From Camelus ferus (taxonomy: Eukaryota): 64,000 bases of DNA. Made by a program: the position numbers and the translations under genes. The notes beneath the pieces are model-generated. The model searched no databases and had not been told where the DNA came from. It saw only the letters and a program-made list of their open reading frames with translations. Shown piece after piece: positions 37,670-51,073 of this stretch. Position 1 is the stretch's first letter. Every line of letters begins with the position of its first letter. The stretch covers positions 56,174,001 to 56,238,000 of the forward strand of contig NC_045707.1 in NCBI RefSeq assembly GCF_009834535.1, given 5' to 3'.

Positions 37670-38600
37670 TGATTAATTCATTCCACAGCTGTTGATTAAG
37701 CACCTATTATGTACAAGGTATGTCTATGCACTGGAGCTATACAGAGAAGGAGATAAGGTGTCTCTCTTTGGAGAGATTATATCAAATGGACAAAGACAGA
37801 CAAACAGGTAATTACTATACAGAGTGTCCTGGGAGCAATTAGCACAGAGTGCTGTGGCAACACGATGGATACACGAGGGAAGGACACATGACCTAGACTT
37901 GGGGCTGGAAGAAGAGTTACAAATGAATTTCTAGAAAACTAATACAGCTGATACCTGCCACTGAAGGACTAGTGGAAGCTATGCAAAGGGAGGAGAGTAT
38001 TTCTGTGTAATTAGAATTGCATGGACAAAAGTCTGGAGGTCAAAATTCACATTCATAGTGCATATGGGAAAAGGTAAGGTAGGAGGGTGTGCTGGAGGTC
38101 TTTTATTTTACAATGAGATTAGATCCTGTCCTAACAAACATGGGAAACAACAGAAGAATGACAGATTTGTGTTTTATAAAGTTCCTTTGGTTACTGTGTG
38201 GAAAATCAAAGGGATAAAGTAAATATTGAGAGCAAGGAGATCCTAATCCAGGAGCACATGATGGTAGCCTAGAGCACAGGTATTGGGATTAAGAGAAGTC
38301 AGTCGACTGAGAAGATCTCTAAGAGTTAAAGTTGACAAGAGTTGGTAGAGGATGGTAGGTGGTAGAAGAATTAAGGGCTGAATCAGGGATAATGTTTAGG
38401 TTTCTGACTTGGACAGCTTTTACTAGGTTAGGGAACTCAGACGATGGCTGCTTTTAGAGAGGATGATAATGAGTCCCGTTTCTGATAGATTGAATCTGTG
38501 AAGCTGGTAGAATACCTTATAGTGGATTTGGACCCTGCTGGTCACAAAGAAATGTACAGATGACTTAAAGAAGGTAAGTATCAGGAAATGTCTATAACAT
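37670..38600 (-). mobile_element. L2 3' region, antisense
   Basis: 'attcattcc...ttaagcacctattatgtacaagg' and 'aggtttctgacttggacagct'. Confidence 0.65.
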
Positions 38601-40899
38601 GTCAAATGGTTTCTTAAAGCTTATTATCATTATCAAAGGTTACCTCCTTTGAATTTAATGTAAGCCTGAATTCCAAAATTTTCTTATAACCCTTGAAAAT
38701 ATTAAATGTGTACCTTGACATAATGCTCAGTACCCACTTAAACTTAATTTTGATTAGCATGATTCCAGTAACTAAGAGTATCTAAATAAAAATAGATACC
38801 CTCACTTGTCTTCAACGTATCAGCCATTCCTTGGGCACCACTTAACAGGTATTTTCTTAATATTTCAGAATTCCTGAGTTCAAATTTTAAATTTTCATTA
38901 AAGATAAGATTACTGAATTGAACCCTAGAATGGCTTAAATTCAAGAAGAATATTTTGAAGGTATTTTCATTAATTGAAACATAGGAATTTATTGAGGAAA
39001 GAATAATACATATGCTCACAACAATTTGGAAGCTAGTGTTTGTTTTTTTTTTCCCCTCACTTTCACAAAGCCTTAATCTCAGTGGAAATCCATCCTCCTT
39101 ATTTTATTTACCTTAATAAAAGTGAAGAAACAGCTCATCACCAGGTAATGGGAAAATGTCACTGAATCATCAGTATCTAACAAGTCATATGGCAATTTGC
39201 TTTAGTGAACTCTAATATATTACAGTTTGTTTTTTTATTCTGTTAACTGACTGATGATAAATGCTGCTTTTAAATGTTGAAGTTGACTCTTCACTTTGTA
39301 CCATTTTGAATACATGAGTGCTCTGTCCTTGGCATGTGAAAAGCCTTCACCAGCTCATAGGGTGAATCAGCACAACCAACTGTGCCCCCAGAGAAGTCTG
39401 CTACAGTTAGAGTGTTAACTCAGGTTTCTATGGCCCCATACAGTAGCCCTCCTAAAGAACACATCAGCATGCGTGGTATCAAATAATGAAACATGAACAA
39501 ACTCAACTAATGTTGGCCATAAACACAATAGGTCTGATGAAAATGATTTGACTCAAATCTGAACAAAGACTGTGTCACTATTAAATTCAGTTGAAGCATA
39601 TGCTTTGCAGGTCTCAAATAAAATTTCATTTACTCCACAGTAAAAAAAAAAAAAAAGAACACTTGAAGGATTTTCATGTTCATCTGGCAGTCATTTAAAT
39701 TACAGCAACCAACAGTGAAAAGTATAGCACCTAGCAAATGCCGTTAAATTTGCAATCTTCCTAGGTTACAACAGAATCTTTTAAAGTCCCTTTTCAGTGC
39801 TGTATCAACCTGATACTTAAAAATGCAGCAGAGAAAAGAAACATAATCAGACAGAGTATTGTAAGGTCTATTAACAAAGCAGCTCAGTCACATCAGCTGA
39901 AGGGAAACAGCTGTGGATGCTGAAACCCTTAATAAATTAACCCTCCTGTTGCTATTTACAAAAACTCTGTTATCATGCCTGTTGTGTCTGTCATTTGCAC
40001 CTGGTATGAGGGTTCTTTGGAGCAATCACATATCATGCACTCAAGAGCCACTGCATTGTAGAATCATTATTTCTAAATTCTGACTCTTTTGAATTCAAAG
40101 AAAAGACTTGGGTACATTTTAAAATAGCTAACACACTCCACTTAAGTTCATTAACTGGAAGATATGCATAACCTTAACATTGTTTGAGTTCCTATTCTTT
40201 TTTTGACTGATGATGCTTAATTAATCCTAGTCATTGTCATGTCTAACTGTGATTTAGAATGCCACTTAAATGTATGCCTCTGCTCAGAATGAAACTGTCA
40301 CTCAAAAATATATATATATATATATGCTTTTTCCATTTGTTTCCCTTTCTTACTTTTCTCCATGATGATCTTAGTTTTCTTAGAAAAAGTAAATTTCTTT
40401 GTTCTTTTTTTCCACACCTCCTTTAGCAGGCAATTACCTGGTTGAAGATTTGCAAAGTTCTTTGGACAATGTGGATCTTTCAACTCAACTACAAATAATT
40501 ATCAAGAAATAGACACTGATCAAACGTATATAAAGTTCTGATGCTACATCCCTCAAACACAAATCTCTTTGATTTGAAATCCTTCTGAATGATCATTTCT
40601 GTGGAGGGGAGCAACACGAATGTATATTGTAGGTAACGCCACGTTAGTCAGTAAATGTGGCCAAGATGCTTATGCCAACAAAAGCCAAATAAATGGCTTT
40701 CAGTGACATGCTTTATGTTCTCTTTTCTTGAGTTTTTGTTTATCATTGACAAAGACTGTAGTTACTTGGAATGTATGATTAGTTCCCAGAAGAGCCTTGA
40801 GTTCTACCCTGCTCCCAATTTTGGATTTGACATACTCAAAGCTCAGCCAAATACCAAGGGAGAAAGACAACTGGTAAAGTCACTAAACCCGTATCACAG

Positions 40900-41090
40900 A
40901 AGGAGAATTTCACTTTCCGCCTACTGCCTCCACTCATGTGGGTGAGGGTAGATCTTCTTTACTCAGTCTATTGATTCCAGTGCTAATCTCTTCCAGAAAC
41001 ATTCTTACAGATGCACCCAGAGGTAAAGCTTCCCAGATATCTGGGCATCCCTTAGCCCAGTCAAGTTGACACATAAAATTAACCATTTCA
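40900..41090 (-). mobile_element. ERVL MLT2-type LTR fragment
   Basis: 'ctttactcagtctattgattccagtgctaatctcttccagaaac...ctgggcatcccttagcccagtcaagttgacacataaaattaacc'. Confidence 0.88.
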
Positions 41091-41639
41091 TAAGGCAGTG
41101 GTGGAAGCTATGGATTAACTCAGAATAATTTCCAACCCCTGAGAACATGCAGACACACACATGTTTTTTAGACAACCTTGCAGGTGGGGCTTCTCATGTG
41201 ACTTGAGTTTCACCAACAAAATATTCTCATTCAACTCTGAGTCAGAATTGAAACCTCTCAGAAAAGAAGCACAGTGTGAGATCGCCAATTAGCAGGCATG
41301 GATCAAGGCAGAGGTGGCTGGTTCTGGACCCAACAGCCTTGGGGACAACTTCCCAGTTTAGCAGACAATGTGCTACTTTAGCAGTGCTACCAAGTGAAGG
41401 CAGCTTCCCTGAGTATAGCAGGAGAACAGTTCTGCAGATGGGGGAACCTGCTCTGGGTGCCCAGCATGGAGACGGGTCCTTCAGTCCAGCTAAAGATTTT
41501 ATAAGCACCCAATTCCCTGAAATCAATTCCCTTCTGTTTATAGCAGGTTAAGGGATTCTATTTTCTGTGATTGAAACCTGACGTAAAGAAGAGCCAGGAG
41601 AAAAAGAGATTAAACAGAAGTGCCATTAGTATTTGCTGA

Positions 41640-41850
41640 CTACTCATTTCCCATTTACTGTTCTAATTTAATTTCAATTTCGAGGACAATACTTTGGAGT
41701 AGGTATTATAATTTTATAGAAAAGGAAATTAATTCACAGAGAGGTGAAGAAAGAGGTCACATAGTGTCTAAGCAACGAAGCCATGATTTGAAGCCAGGTC
41801 TGTCTCATATTAAGTCTCATGATCACCATCACTATGCTTTAAGCCTCTCC
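41640..41850 (-). mobile_element. MIR SINE
   Basis: 'gtaggtattataattttatagaaaaggaaattaattcacagagagg...aggtcacatag...gatttgaagccaggtctgtct'. Confidence 0.7.
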
Positions 41851-42198
41851 AGCAAAAAGGAAAACTGAGTCACTCTCAGTAACTTGGTAGGTTGTGATTG
41901 AGGGCAATTTGGTCAAGATTAAGAAATAACAATTTATTGTGTTCTTGAATACAACCTCAGATTATTACTTGTCAGTATTTGTGCTTCTTAAATATTACAC
42001 ATCTCTTTATTCATCTGTAGGAAGCAACTGGTGACTCTGGGTGAATATCTATGATTTTACACAGTGATGGCTCATGGTTAAGTGCTAGGTTAATGTATCA
42101 TCTCAGTGTTCTGCTGGGACATCTGTGTTCAGCATATGGCTTTGCTCCCCAGCAAGTAAAACTTTAGTCTGCCCAGAAATTAAGGCTCAGTTTCTACT

Positions 42199-42312
42199 TA
42201 GGGGGCCAACCATTCCAATTTACCCAGGACTGTCCTAGTGTTAAAACCGAAAAAGTTTCACATCCTGGGAAGTCCTTGAGTCTCAAGCAAATGAGGATGT
42301 TTGGTTACCTTA
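42199..42312. mobile_element. hAT-Blackjack MITE (MER81/MER94-like)
   Basis: Degenerate TIRs tagggggccaac...ttggttacctta. Internal 'cccaggactgtcc'. Confidence 0.75.
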
Positions 42313-43369
42313 TTTGTCCCCTCCTTTCTTGGTCTGTTCTCACTTCCCTCCACTCACAGTTTTTATGCCCTGTAAATCCACTACAGCTAAGTTTTTCTAT
42401 CGATAGTCTTTTCAGAGAGCAAACACCTGTCACCTTTGTCTCCTAATGAGCCCAGTTCCTCGGGGCAGTGATCTGTTCGTTTCTTCTTTTCCCAATACCA
42501 AACCAGCCCCATCCAGCCTTGACTGCCTGGTCCTTCCTTGAGGCACAAATGGCACAGAATAGCCTCCAAACTAGAAAAAAACTAAAGACCGGCGTAGAGC
42601 TTACTTTTGGTAGCATGGCAACCACTGCGGGCTGCTTTTGAAGCTGCTTGTTAGTGTGAAAGTTATTTTGCATAAACTTATTTGTTAACTGGGCTAGAAA
42701 CATCCAGCTCTCTGCAAGTCTTGCTTTCTTACAGATTATCTCCCCTCTCAGGAATCTTTCTGATCCAAGAGATGTGAAGAGATCACACTAATAAACTATC
42801 TGCCAACACCCTTCCAAATGGTTGATAGTATCCCTGCATCCTCAGCCTTAATTACTGGAGGTTATTTCTTATTCTTTTGACTACCAAATGATGGAGAACA
42901 AAACTGCACTCAAATATTCTTTCCCTTCTATTCAAAATGATAGCTTGCTTTCCATCTCATTCAGCCAGGTATATGCATCACAAGGCAAACTGAAAATTAT
43001 TAGAGGAATTGTTTGGTGATTACCCACCCACTCTCACCTCCAACAAAGAAAAAAAATGACTCGTCTTAGTAATTTGAAGTCTACTGTTAATTCATTTACC
43101 CAGGTTTATTTCCCATTACTTTCTAATTCCTTTTACATTTTAACTAGGTGACCTCATTGATCGAAAAATAAACACGTACGGCTATTTCTGTCCATCCTGT
43201 TGCCACCATTAGAGTATCCTCTCCTCTACTCTTTGCTGATACTCACACTTCAGCCCGAGTAATTATTGTTATGACTATTGTTAATACCGCTGCCGCCAGT
43301 GCTGCTGCCACCACCACCACTACTGCTAAGACTGGGACCATGACAGCAGCCACTCCTGCAACAGCATTC

Positions 43370-43625
43370 ATCATTAATTACCTCACCAGCATTAAGCATC
43401 TTGGATGGGCCTGACTCTATCGTGAGCACTTTGCAGTAACTGTCTTACTTGAATCTTTGCCACAACTCAATGAGTGACTATTATTTCTGTTTAATGGGTG
43501 AGGAAATTGAGACATAAGCTATTAAATAACTTTGTTCAAAGTCACAAAGAAAACAGGCAGTGGGAACTGTTGTGAATGCAGGTCTCTTTGACTTTGAAAT
43601 TCATGTGCTCAGAAACTCTCCACTG
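43370..43625 (-). mobile_element. MIR SINE
   Basis: 'gggtgaggaaattgagacataagctattaaataactttgttcaaagtcaca'. Confidence 0.75.
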
Positions 43626-44749
43626 TTGCTCTGCCCGGGGAAATCGTCCTTCATAATTTCAGTCTTACTACTTCGATATTCTTTCCTCTATGGCCCTTAG
43701 TTTCTATAGCGTTCATATAAGAAATGATGGTATGTTGCTTAATGTTTTTCACGAACTGGCATGCACATATATTTTCATTCGTTAAAACAGTAAGAGGTTT
43801 GTTTCCCCACTTCTGAGCCAATAAATGATAAGCCCATAGTTAAAGCTTAGTAAATGTCTTAAATTGATTTAACTGTTGAATCTCTATGGTTACCTTAGCA
43901 AAGGAACTAAAAAATTTCTAACAATACCCTTTGAATTAAAAAGATACAGGAAGTGTTTTTAAATAAATGGAAAGACAACAACCTGCCATAAATAATATAT
44001 AACATTTTGTGGGCTTAACGACACACTTATAATTGGTATAACACAATTATGGGGTTAAACATCAGTATTTTATAAATAGTATAAATTTCAAAGCATGTGG
44101 CAATAAAATGTTAGGGATATAAGACCCCCCTGAGAGATGATAATTATAATCATCAGCCTGTTGGCCAACTCCATTGGGATTATCTCTCCTTTTTTTGAAG
44201 TTCTCTAGAAAAATATTCAGTGTAACCCTCCTTTTGAATTTGTAAGCTTGATTTGGGGGCATGATGTCCAAGCCACTGCCTCTCTAACAGCCCTCCCTAT
44301 TACCGCATTATGACTTAATCAGCCCTTTCCTCAGTGCCAGTCCTTCCTCCAATTACCAGCCCCTAGTTAATCCTCGGTGAATTGTCCTTAGCAAGTGGCT
44401 CAGTTCTAGGTTCTTGACCCTTCTATTGCCACACTTCAGTTTGACTCTGTTAAACATTTCCTGGGCACCTCTCTGAGTAAGTATTTTACTATTTAACTTT
44501 TGACATTCTAGAAAGGGAGCCATCATGAAAAACATGATGTGATGAGGGCAGTTGTGTTGTTTTACTTAATACTCACTGTGGGAACAGAACAAAGAGATAT
44601 TATGCTTTTTTAAAGGGACTATGAAACATCATGGTGATTGAAAAAAAAAAAAAAACAAAAAAACACTGGCACCAAAATATGAAAAGACAACTGCAAAACT
44701 TAAGTACCGAAATATGTACTTAAATATCTATGGAACACACCATCATGTC

Positions 44750-44935
44750 ACGATAGTTAAGTGATAAGTTCATGGTGTTTTGAACAATACTGCCCTAGGC
44801 TAAAATTTTGGTTCTGTTATTTACTAGTTATGTGACTCCTGGCAAGTTACTTACGTAAAGGATGGCTGTGACAATGGAACAGGCATAAAGTGTGCCTGTG
44901 CCTGTCAGTAAGTGCGTGCTCCAAAAAGGTAACTA
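44750..44935 (+). mobile_element. MIR SINE, internally deleted
   Basis: 'tttactagttatgtgactcctggcaagttactta'. Confidence 0.6.
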
Positions 44936-46109
44936 TTTTTAAATCATGTCAGCTTTGCAGGATGTGGATGTGTTTTAATGTTTGCTGTAGGGCAGAGTGG
45001 GATCACCAAATGTATGATTGCCCAGGACCCTGATGGTCTTAGAATGTTCTGAGGCAACTGTAGAGGTCTGTACGTCTTGGGGAGGAAGAAGCTGGGATAT
45101 GGGTTCTACGTGGAGAGGTCAGTGAGGGACTGAAAGGGAAGGGAAAGTTGGAGATGAGTCTTAGTCTTCCATCATTTGCCTCTTTGATGCTGGTGTGATT
45201 CCTTATCCCCAGGTCAGGAAAATGAAACTGAGGATACAGCACTGTATGAACTATTGCTTTTCTCATTTTTCCAATGGGATAAATTTGCCTTTCCTTCATG
45301 TTTTTGGACCTGGACCTGACAATTTCTTTTTTAACTTTTTCCCAGGCTTTTTGTTTTCCTTAGGCCTCTGCTGTGGTTTGTCCTCTTGGGTTCTCTCCGA
45401 GAATATAGGTTAATAGCAATATTTTTCCTTCTTTTTAAAAAAACTAATTTCTTTAACTTTCATAAATAGCTCAAATATGCTTGTTTTTGCTTAAACAGTT
45501 TGGTAAAATAAATTGGAAAACTTCTTGCAGAATGAGAACTTCTTGTAGAAGGGCAGACAAGCTTATAATGTAGCTAGAGATAGCTATAGTTGCCATTACA
45601 ATTCAATTTACTTTCTTTCTATGGTGGGAAAAGCTCAAAGGCATACTGTGACATGAATTCTTCAGTGATTCTTAACACATGAAGGCATTTTCAGAAAAGT
45701 ATCTTGCATTCAGTGCCTCTTGTTAATGGCAATGTGAAATCTTGACAGCTAGAAATGAGCTGTATAAACTAGCATTTGAGTTGTCTGGAAATATTAAGAA
45801 TTTTGGAGATGTCATTTATGTTCTCAGGCTCTTTGCTGAAGACTGAAAACGTCTCCCTATCTGCTTTACTGGCATGGGATTTTTATTTTTAGAACCTGAA
45901 AATAATTACATAGCAGATCAAGCCCAGACTCCTGAATATGGAAACAACCCCATGCAATGGGAGTTCCAGCTTTGTCAAAAGCTTATCTGATATTGCAATT
46001 TGAGGAGAGTGAAAGTAAAAGATACTTTCCTTTGAAATGAATTCATTTGGGAATTTTTTTAATAGGGAAAGTTCATACTAATACAGTTTAATGTTCCTAT
46101 ATGAGATAT

Positions 46110-46320
46110 AATAAAGTTTTGGAATCAAACGATATTAATTTCAGTTCAAAGTTTTATCTCCTATTAAGTTTTCCAGTATCTCCTGGGATATGTTTCCTAT
46201 TTGTAAAATGAAGTTGATAATACACAATTTTATTTTAAGAATTGAAGGAGAAAATTTGTGAAACACGTAATATCATTCTTGAAACATATAAGGCCAAGAA
46301 AATATTTATGTCTTTCCTCC
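46110..46320 (+). mobile_element. MIR SINE
   Basis: 'gtttcctatttgtaaaatgaagttgataatac'. Confidence 0.55.
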
Positions 46321-46992
46321 TTTCTTTCTAAAGGATAATTTTGAATTTATTCCCTTAATTTAGAAATTCTGACCAGTCATTGATTATCAAATGTCTGTAA
46401 TTTATTTTAAAGTTGGTGATAGAGAAAGAGGCGAGAAGAGTCCAGGACCCTGAAGAGCCCATCTTATCCTTCCACAAGTCACTGTTTCCTGGAGGTCTCC
46501 AAGAAGACAAGGCCATGCTGTGCATGTCCCCTATCACTCCGAGGCTTTGGTTCTAAAGCCCAGGCCAGTGTCCCAGGGCTCAGCTAAACTGAGCCACGCA
46601 GGTGACTGCTTTCCACAGTCCAGGGGCAGAGCAGTGCCCCCACTGCTTATTCTCTCCTAAACCCCACATGAATCTTGCCTTCCTTCTGACACTCATCAAA
46701 CAGTGGAGAAAAGTCTTGAATTAGGATAATTGCTAGAAAGGACTGCTTCTTCCCCACTTGAAGAAAGTACCACCAGCAGAAATTTTCTGTTTCTCTCTAT
46801 TGCCCTCCCTCGGCTCCAACTCCCTCTTTATGAGTTTGCCATAAAGGACGGAGCATGTGCAGCTCACAGCTTGTCAAAGGAAGAAAAACAAGGTTTGACA
46901 TGTGAACTATTCTGCTACCTATAAACATAGAAAATTAGATATAGTTATTCATTTCTCATTAATCCCTGGTCAAAATAAAAGTTCCCATTCAT

Positions 46993-47966
46993 CAACAATA
47001 TAAGCTCATATAACTCAAAAAAAAAAAAAAAAATCCAAAAATGGGCAGAAGACCTAAACAAGCAAATTCTCCAGTGAAGACATACAGATGGCCAATAGGC
47101 ACATGAAAAAAATGCTCAATATTGCTAATTATCAGAGACAGGCAAATCAAAACTACAATGAGATATGACCTCACACCAGTCAGAGTGGCTGTCATTAAAA
47201 AGTACACGAACAATAATTGCTGGAGAGGCTGTGGAGAAAAGGGAACCCTCCTAAATTGTTGGTGGGAATATAGTTTGGCACAGTATGGAGATTCCTAAAA
47301 AGACTAAAAATAGATTTACCATATAATCCAGCAATCCCACTCCTGGGCATATATCCAAAGGGAACTTTAATTCAAAAAGATACATCCACCCCAGTGTTTA
47401 TAGTAGCACTATTTACAATAGCCAAGGCATGGAAACAATCTAAATGTCCATTGACACATGACCAGATAAAGCTGTGGTATATTTACACAATGGAATACTA
47501 TTCAGCCATAAAAAATAATAAAGTAATGCCATTTGCAGCAACATGGATGGACCTAGAATTGTCATGCTAAGTGAAGCAAGTCAGAAAGAGAAAGAAAAAT
47601 ACCATATGATATCACTTATATGTGGAATCTAAAAAAAAAAGACAATGAACTTATTCACAAAACAGAAATAGACTCAGACATAGAAAATAAACTTATGGTT
47701 ACCAGTGGGGGAAGGGGGAGAGAAGGGATAAACTGATAAACTGGGAGTTCAAGATTTGCAGATACTACCAACTATATATAAAATAGATTAACAACAATTT
47801 TATACTGTATAGCACAGGGAACTATATTCAGTATCTTGTAGTAACTTATAATGAAAAAGAATATGAAAACAAATATACGTATGCAAATGTATGACTGAAC
47901 TATTATGCTGGACACTAGAAATTGACACAAATATTGTAAACTGACTTCAATTTTTAAAAACAAAAT
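46993..47966 (+). mobile_element. 5'-truncated L1: ORF2 C-terminus and 3' UTR, lineage-specific tail
   Basis: 'aaatgggcagaagacctaaac', 'atgccatttgcagcaacatggatggacctaga', and the tail 'tactgtatagcacagggaactatattcagtatcttgtagtaacttataatgaaaaagaatatgaaaac...ttgacaca'. Confidence 0.95.
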
Positions 47967-48139
47967 ATATTTCATAAAGCAGGATATATATTTATGAATA
48001 TAGTAATTATTATTTTTCTTTTATTGATAGCATTTAGGTAGAAAATAATATAACAGAACTCCTCTTTGTAGACCACAGCTCTGTAGCAGTATGATGAATA
48101 CTAAATACATCAGTGTATGAATTATTTGGTGGGTCCTAT

Positions 48140-48510
48140 CAATCATAAAAAATTTAATCAACCTAAGAACAGGCTGAATTGTCTTCCTATCTTCCTACAG
48201 TTTCTACAGAAAATTTTGTGGAAGTATCATTATTGTAAGAAGAGGCAATCAAAAAGTATGCAACTAAAAATATAGGAGAAAAATTTTACCATGATGTTTT
48301 AAACAATTAATAACATATTCATTTTCTAAATTTGGTGACTTTTATCAGATTTTAAAAGTTTATGACTTACTGTGATTTTTTTTCTCATTCTCAATGACTA
48401 TGTATTTTTCTTATCTAATTTTGTATTCAAAATTTTGTGTCTTTTTTCTTAAAAGGGAGACACCAAAATTATATAAAGCTTCAAACCTATAAAACATGAT
48501 TTTTGCCACG
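48140..48510. mobile_element. hAT-Tip100-type DNA transposon terminal fragment
   Basis: 'gaagaggcaatcaaaaagtatgcaactaaaa' and the terminus 'caaaattatataaagcttcaaacctataaaacatg...gccacgg'. Confidence 0.5.
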
Positions 48511-48549
48511 GGTTGGTGGGCTAACTCCTTGCTGTCAAACTTTTGTTTA

Positions 48550-51073
48550 CAGATCCTTAAGTCCAGATTGGCTTTGAAGTTGAAGATATGTTATCTGACT
48601 ATGCCTTTAGATTTTGTAAATACAAAGTGTTAATTCACAGATGGAGATAAAGTAACTGAGAATCTTGTGCCTTGAATATTCCAGTTCTAGCAATTAGTTT
48701 TGTTCGGGAAACCAAAGAGAAACCAGAGTAGTTTGAAAAATATCCTGCAGTCTCATTATCAGAAAAGGAGCAGCAGGTAAGAACAAAGAATTAAGTTAGA
48801 GGGAGAATTCCTCCTTCCTTAGAAGGAAATTAAAATTTTAGAGGCAGACCAGAGAGATACAAATGGAAAAATGATTAAGAAGGCTGGGACAGAGAGAGAT
48901 AAAAGTGCACAGGAGACAGATCTAGTTCTAACCTTTCTGAAAATGTGATTCAGAAATGGAGCACATAATTGACTAAATGATACTTGTGCTGGGTTCTGAC
49001 AGAATCTAGTGGAGAAAGAGAGAGAAGTTCTCAGAAAACTTCCTGGGAAAACCCAGAAGGGATAGAGATCCAGAAAAATTCAGAACAGAAGGAAACCCTG
49101 TTAAAATCATAATTAGCATCTATGGTAAGAGTTATCTGGAAATGACCCCTTAAAGATGGTCACAGCTGTTCGAAGTGGTTAAAATGAAGTGGACTGGTCT
49201 GCCAAAGGAAGACCAGAAGACCATCATAAAATATTCAAAGGATTACGGAAGACCAAAGAGAAATGAAGCTCTTACTGTGTGTGGGGAGGCAACAGCTATT
49301 GCCTGTGTCCTGGGGGAACCTGATTAATAAATTTAAGTCATTGAGGTTCCAAAAGAAAGTGCATTAACTTTATTCAAGGGAAGCCAAACTGGAGAATAGA
49401 TCAAGGTCAGGGTTTGGACAGATGTTGGTCTGATGGGAGAATTCCTCCTGGGTGAGAATATCCAATTCACAGACATGGAGGTGGCCAAGATTTATTTGAA
49501 AAATAGTTGCTTTGGCAGGACCAGCGCTCACTCATTTCCTATTTCTTATTATAAAAGATCCTCCCTAAACTAAATTTATGAAACATTGTTAGACAAATAA
49601 ATGTCTGTCCAGAAAGCAGAGTAACAGTGAAAAAACCAAGATCTTGAAGTTCTGTAAACAGTACTAATTTTATATTGGTTGGAAGAAAAGGATCCATTTA
49701 AGAAGCAGATTCAACTTTCTGAAAATAATTGAGATGATTGAGGCAGAAAAAGATAAAATAATGAGAGAAACACTGTTCATGTTCAACACATTAAAGATGT
49801 GAGAAATTTCCATGTCTTAGGAGCACACAGCAGGAATATCAGTCTATCTTAGACCCCAGAGGTACATACTAAAGACTCAAGAGAAACTTCAGTATTTGAA
49901 TAGGTTGAGGATGATTTCTGCTGAAATGAATGTGGAGATGAAGGAGGAATCTTTCTAGGAGGCAGGTGCCTTTGACTTAAAGAATTTCACAGCAAGATGC
50001 ACTGTCAAAAGCTTCTGCAGCAGGACTGAAAATACTGGATGTATTATAGACTCTGTCAGTGGGTATAACTTACATTCATTTCAGCCTTGGAGGACCAGAA
50101 ACACCAGGACCAATGAGCAAATGGAAATTAATAAGTATTAAGTATGCAGAAAAGATACCTCTGTTTAAAACCTGGTAACTGGGGCTACCACCACAAGACA
50201 TTTTCAAGCTTTGCAAAATGCAGTGCTGTCAAAAATGTCCCTCTCTGTGAGAGAAAATCATAAGCATAGGTGAACTTCCTGCCAGTATAATCATACAGCC
50301 GAAATGAATCTCTAAATGGGAAATTTCCCGCGACTAAGTTTAAGGAACCTAGGCATAGACCCTGGATACTGACCATGGGTTGATTCCCACCTGTGAGGTT
50401 GAAATACACAGGATGTTCCTGGTGTCTCCTTCTTTGCTCCTGAGTGCTTGAGTTTCTACTTTGGTTTTTGATAACACTAAATCCTGGGTTTGGGAAACTG
50501 CATCAAGTCTGTGGATTGGCTTGTTTTCTAAATTTTTTGGATCCAGAACTGTTGGAATATTCTGTGTCCTATTAACCTTTGGACTCTGAAGTCCTGGACT
50601 CTATTTGAATTTTAATTCATTGGAACAAGTACATTTGATTTTAAGTTTTAATTCTCTTAAGACTTTAACTTATAGGTTTTGTACTTTCATTTCTTTGGCA
50701 ATTTACCTCACTGGTGAGACAATTTGATTTCTGAATTTATCTCTTTAGATTCTGTAATTTTAAATGAGATTTAATCTTTTAAATTTAATTTTTCCCCAAG
50801 AAATGCATAACAAGAGAGGTTTACATTGAAATTCTGGTCATCTCTATGTTGTTAGCAATTTTATTTCAGGCTGTCTCTATCTCACTTTAGAAACCTTGAA
50901 AAGTTGATTGGAAAGCAAAGTTTGACATTATTTGGGACAGACTATTGAATAGAGAATGACTTTAGAGTTATTACATTGATTTATCGTTCTGACAAATTTC
51001 AGAACATCAAAGGGCCAAATAAACACTGGTCATCAGCATTCCAGGTGGCCGCCTAAAAAAGAAAAAGTGGTGC
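48550..51073 (+). mobile_element. Highly decayed internal region of an ancient LTR retroelement (possible gag remnant)
   Basis: Purine-rich, coding-like plus strand with broken frames (48650-50250), then a T-rich non-coding part, then a polypurine tract (51055-51070) just before an LTR-like block. Confidence 0.4.

Noticed and set aside
43286..43330. GCC/GCT/CAC triplet-rich run as a poly-Ala/Thr coding exon
   Set aside because: Low-complexity sequence beside a MIR, with no supporting ORF or splice context.
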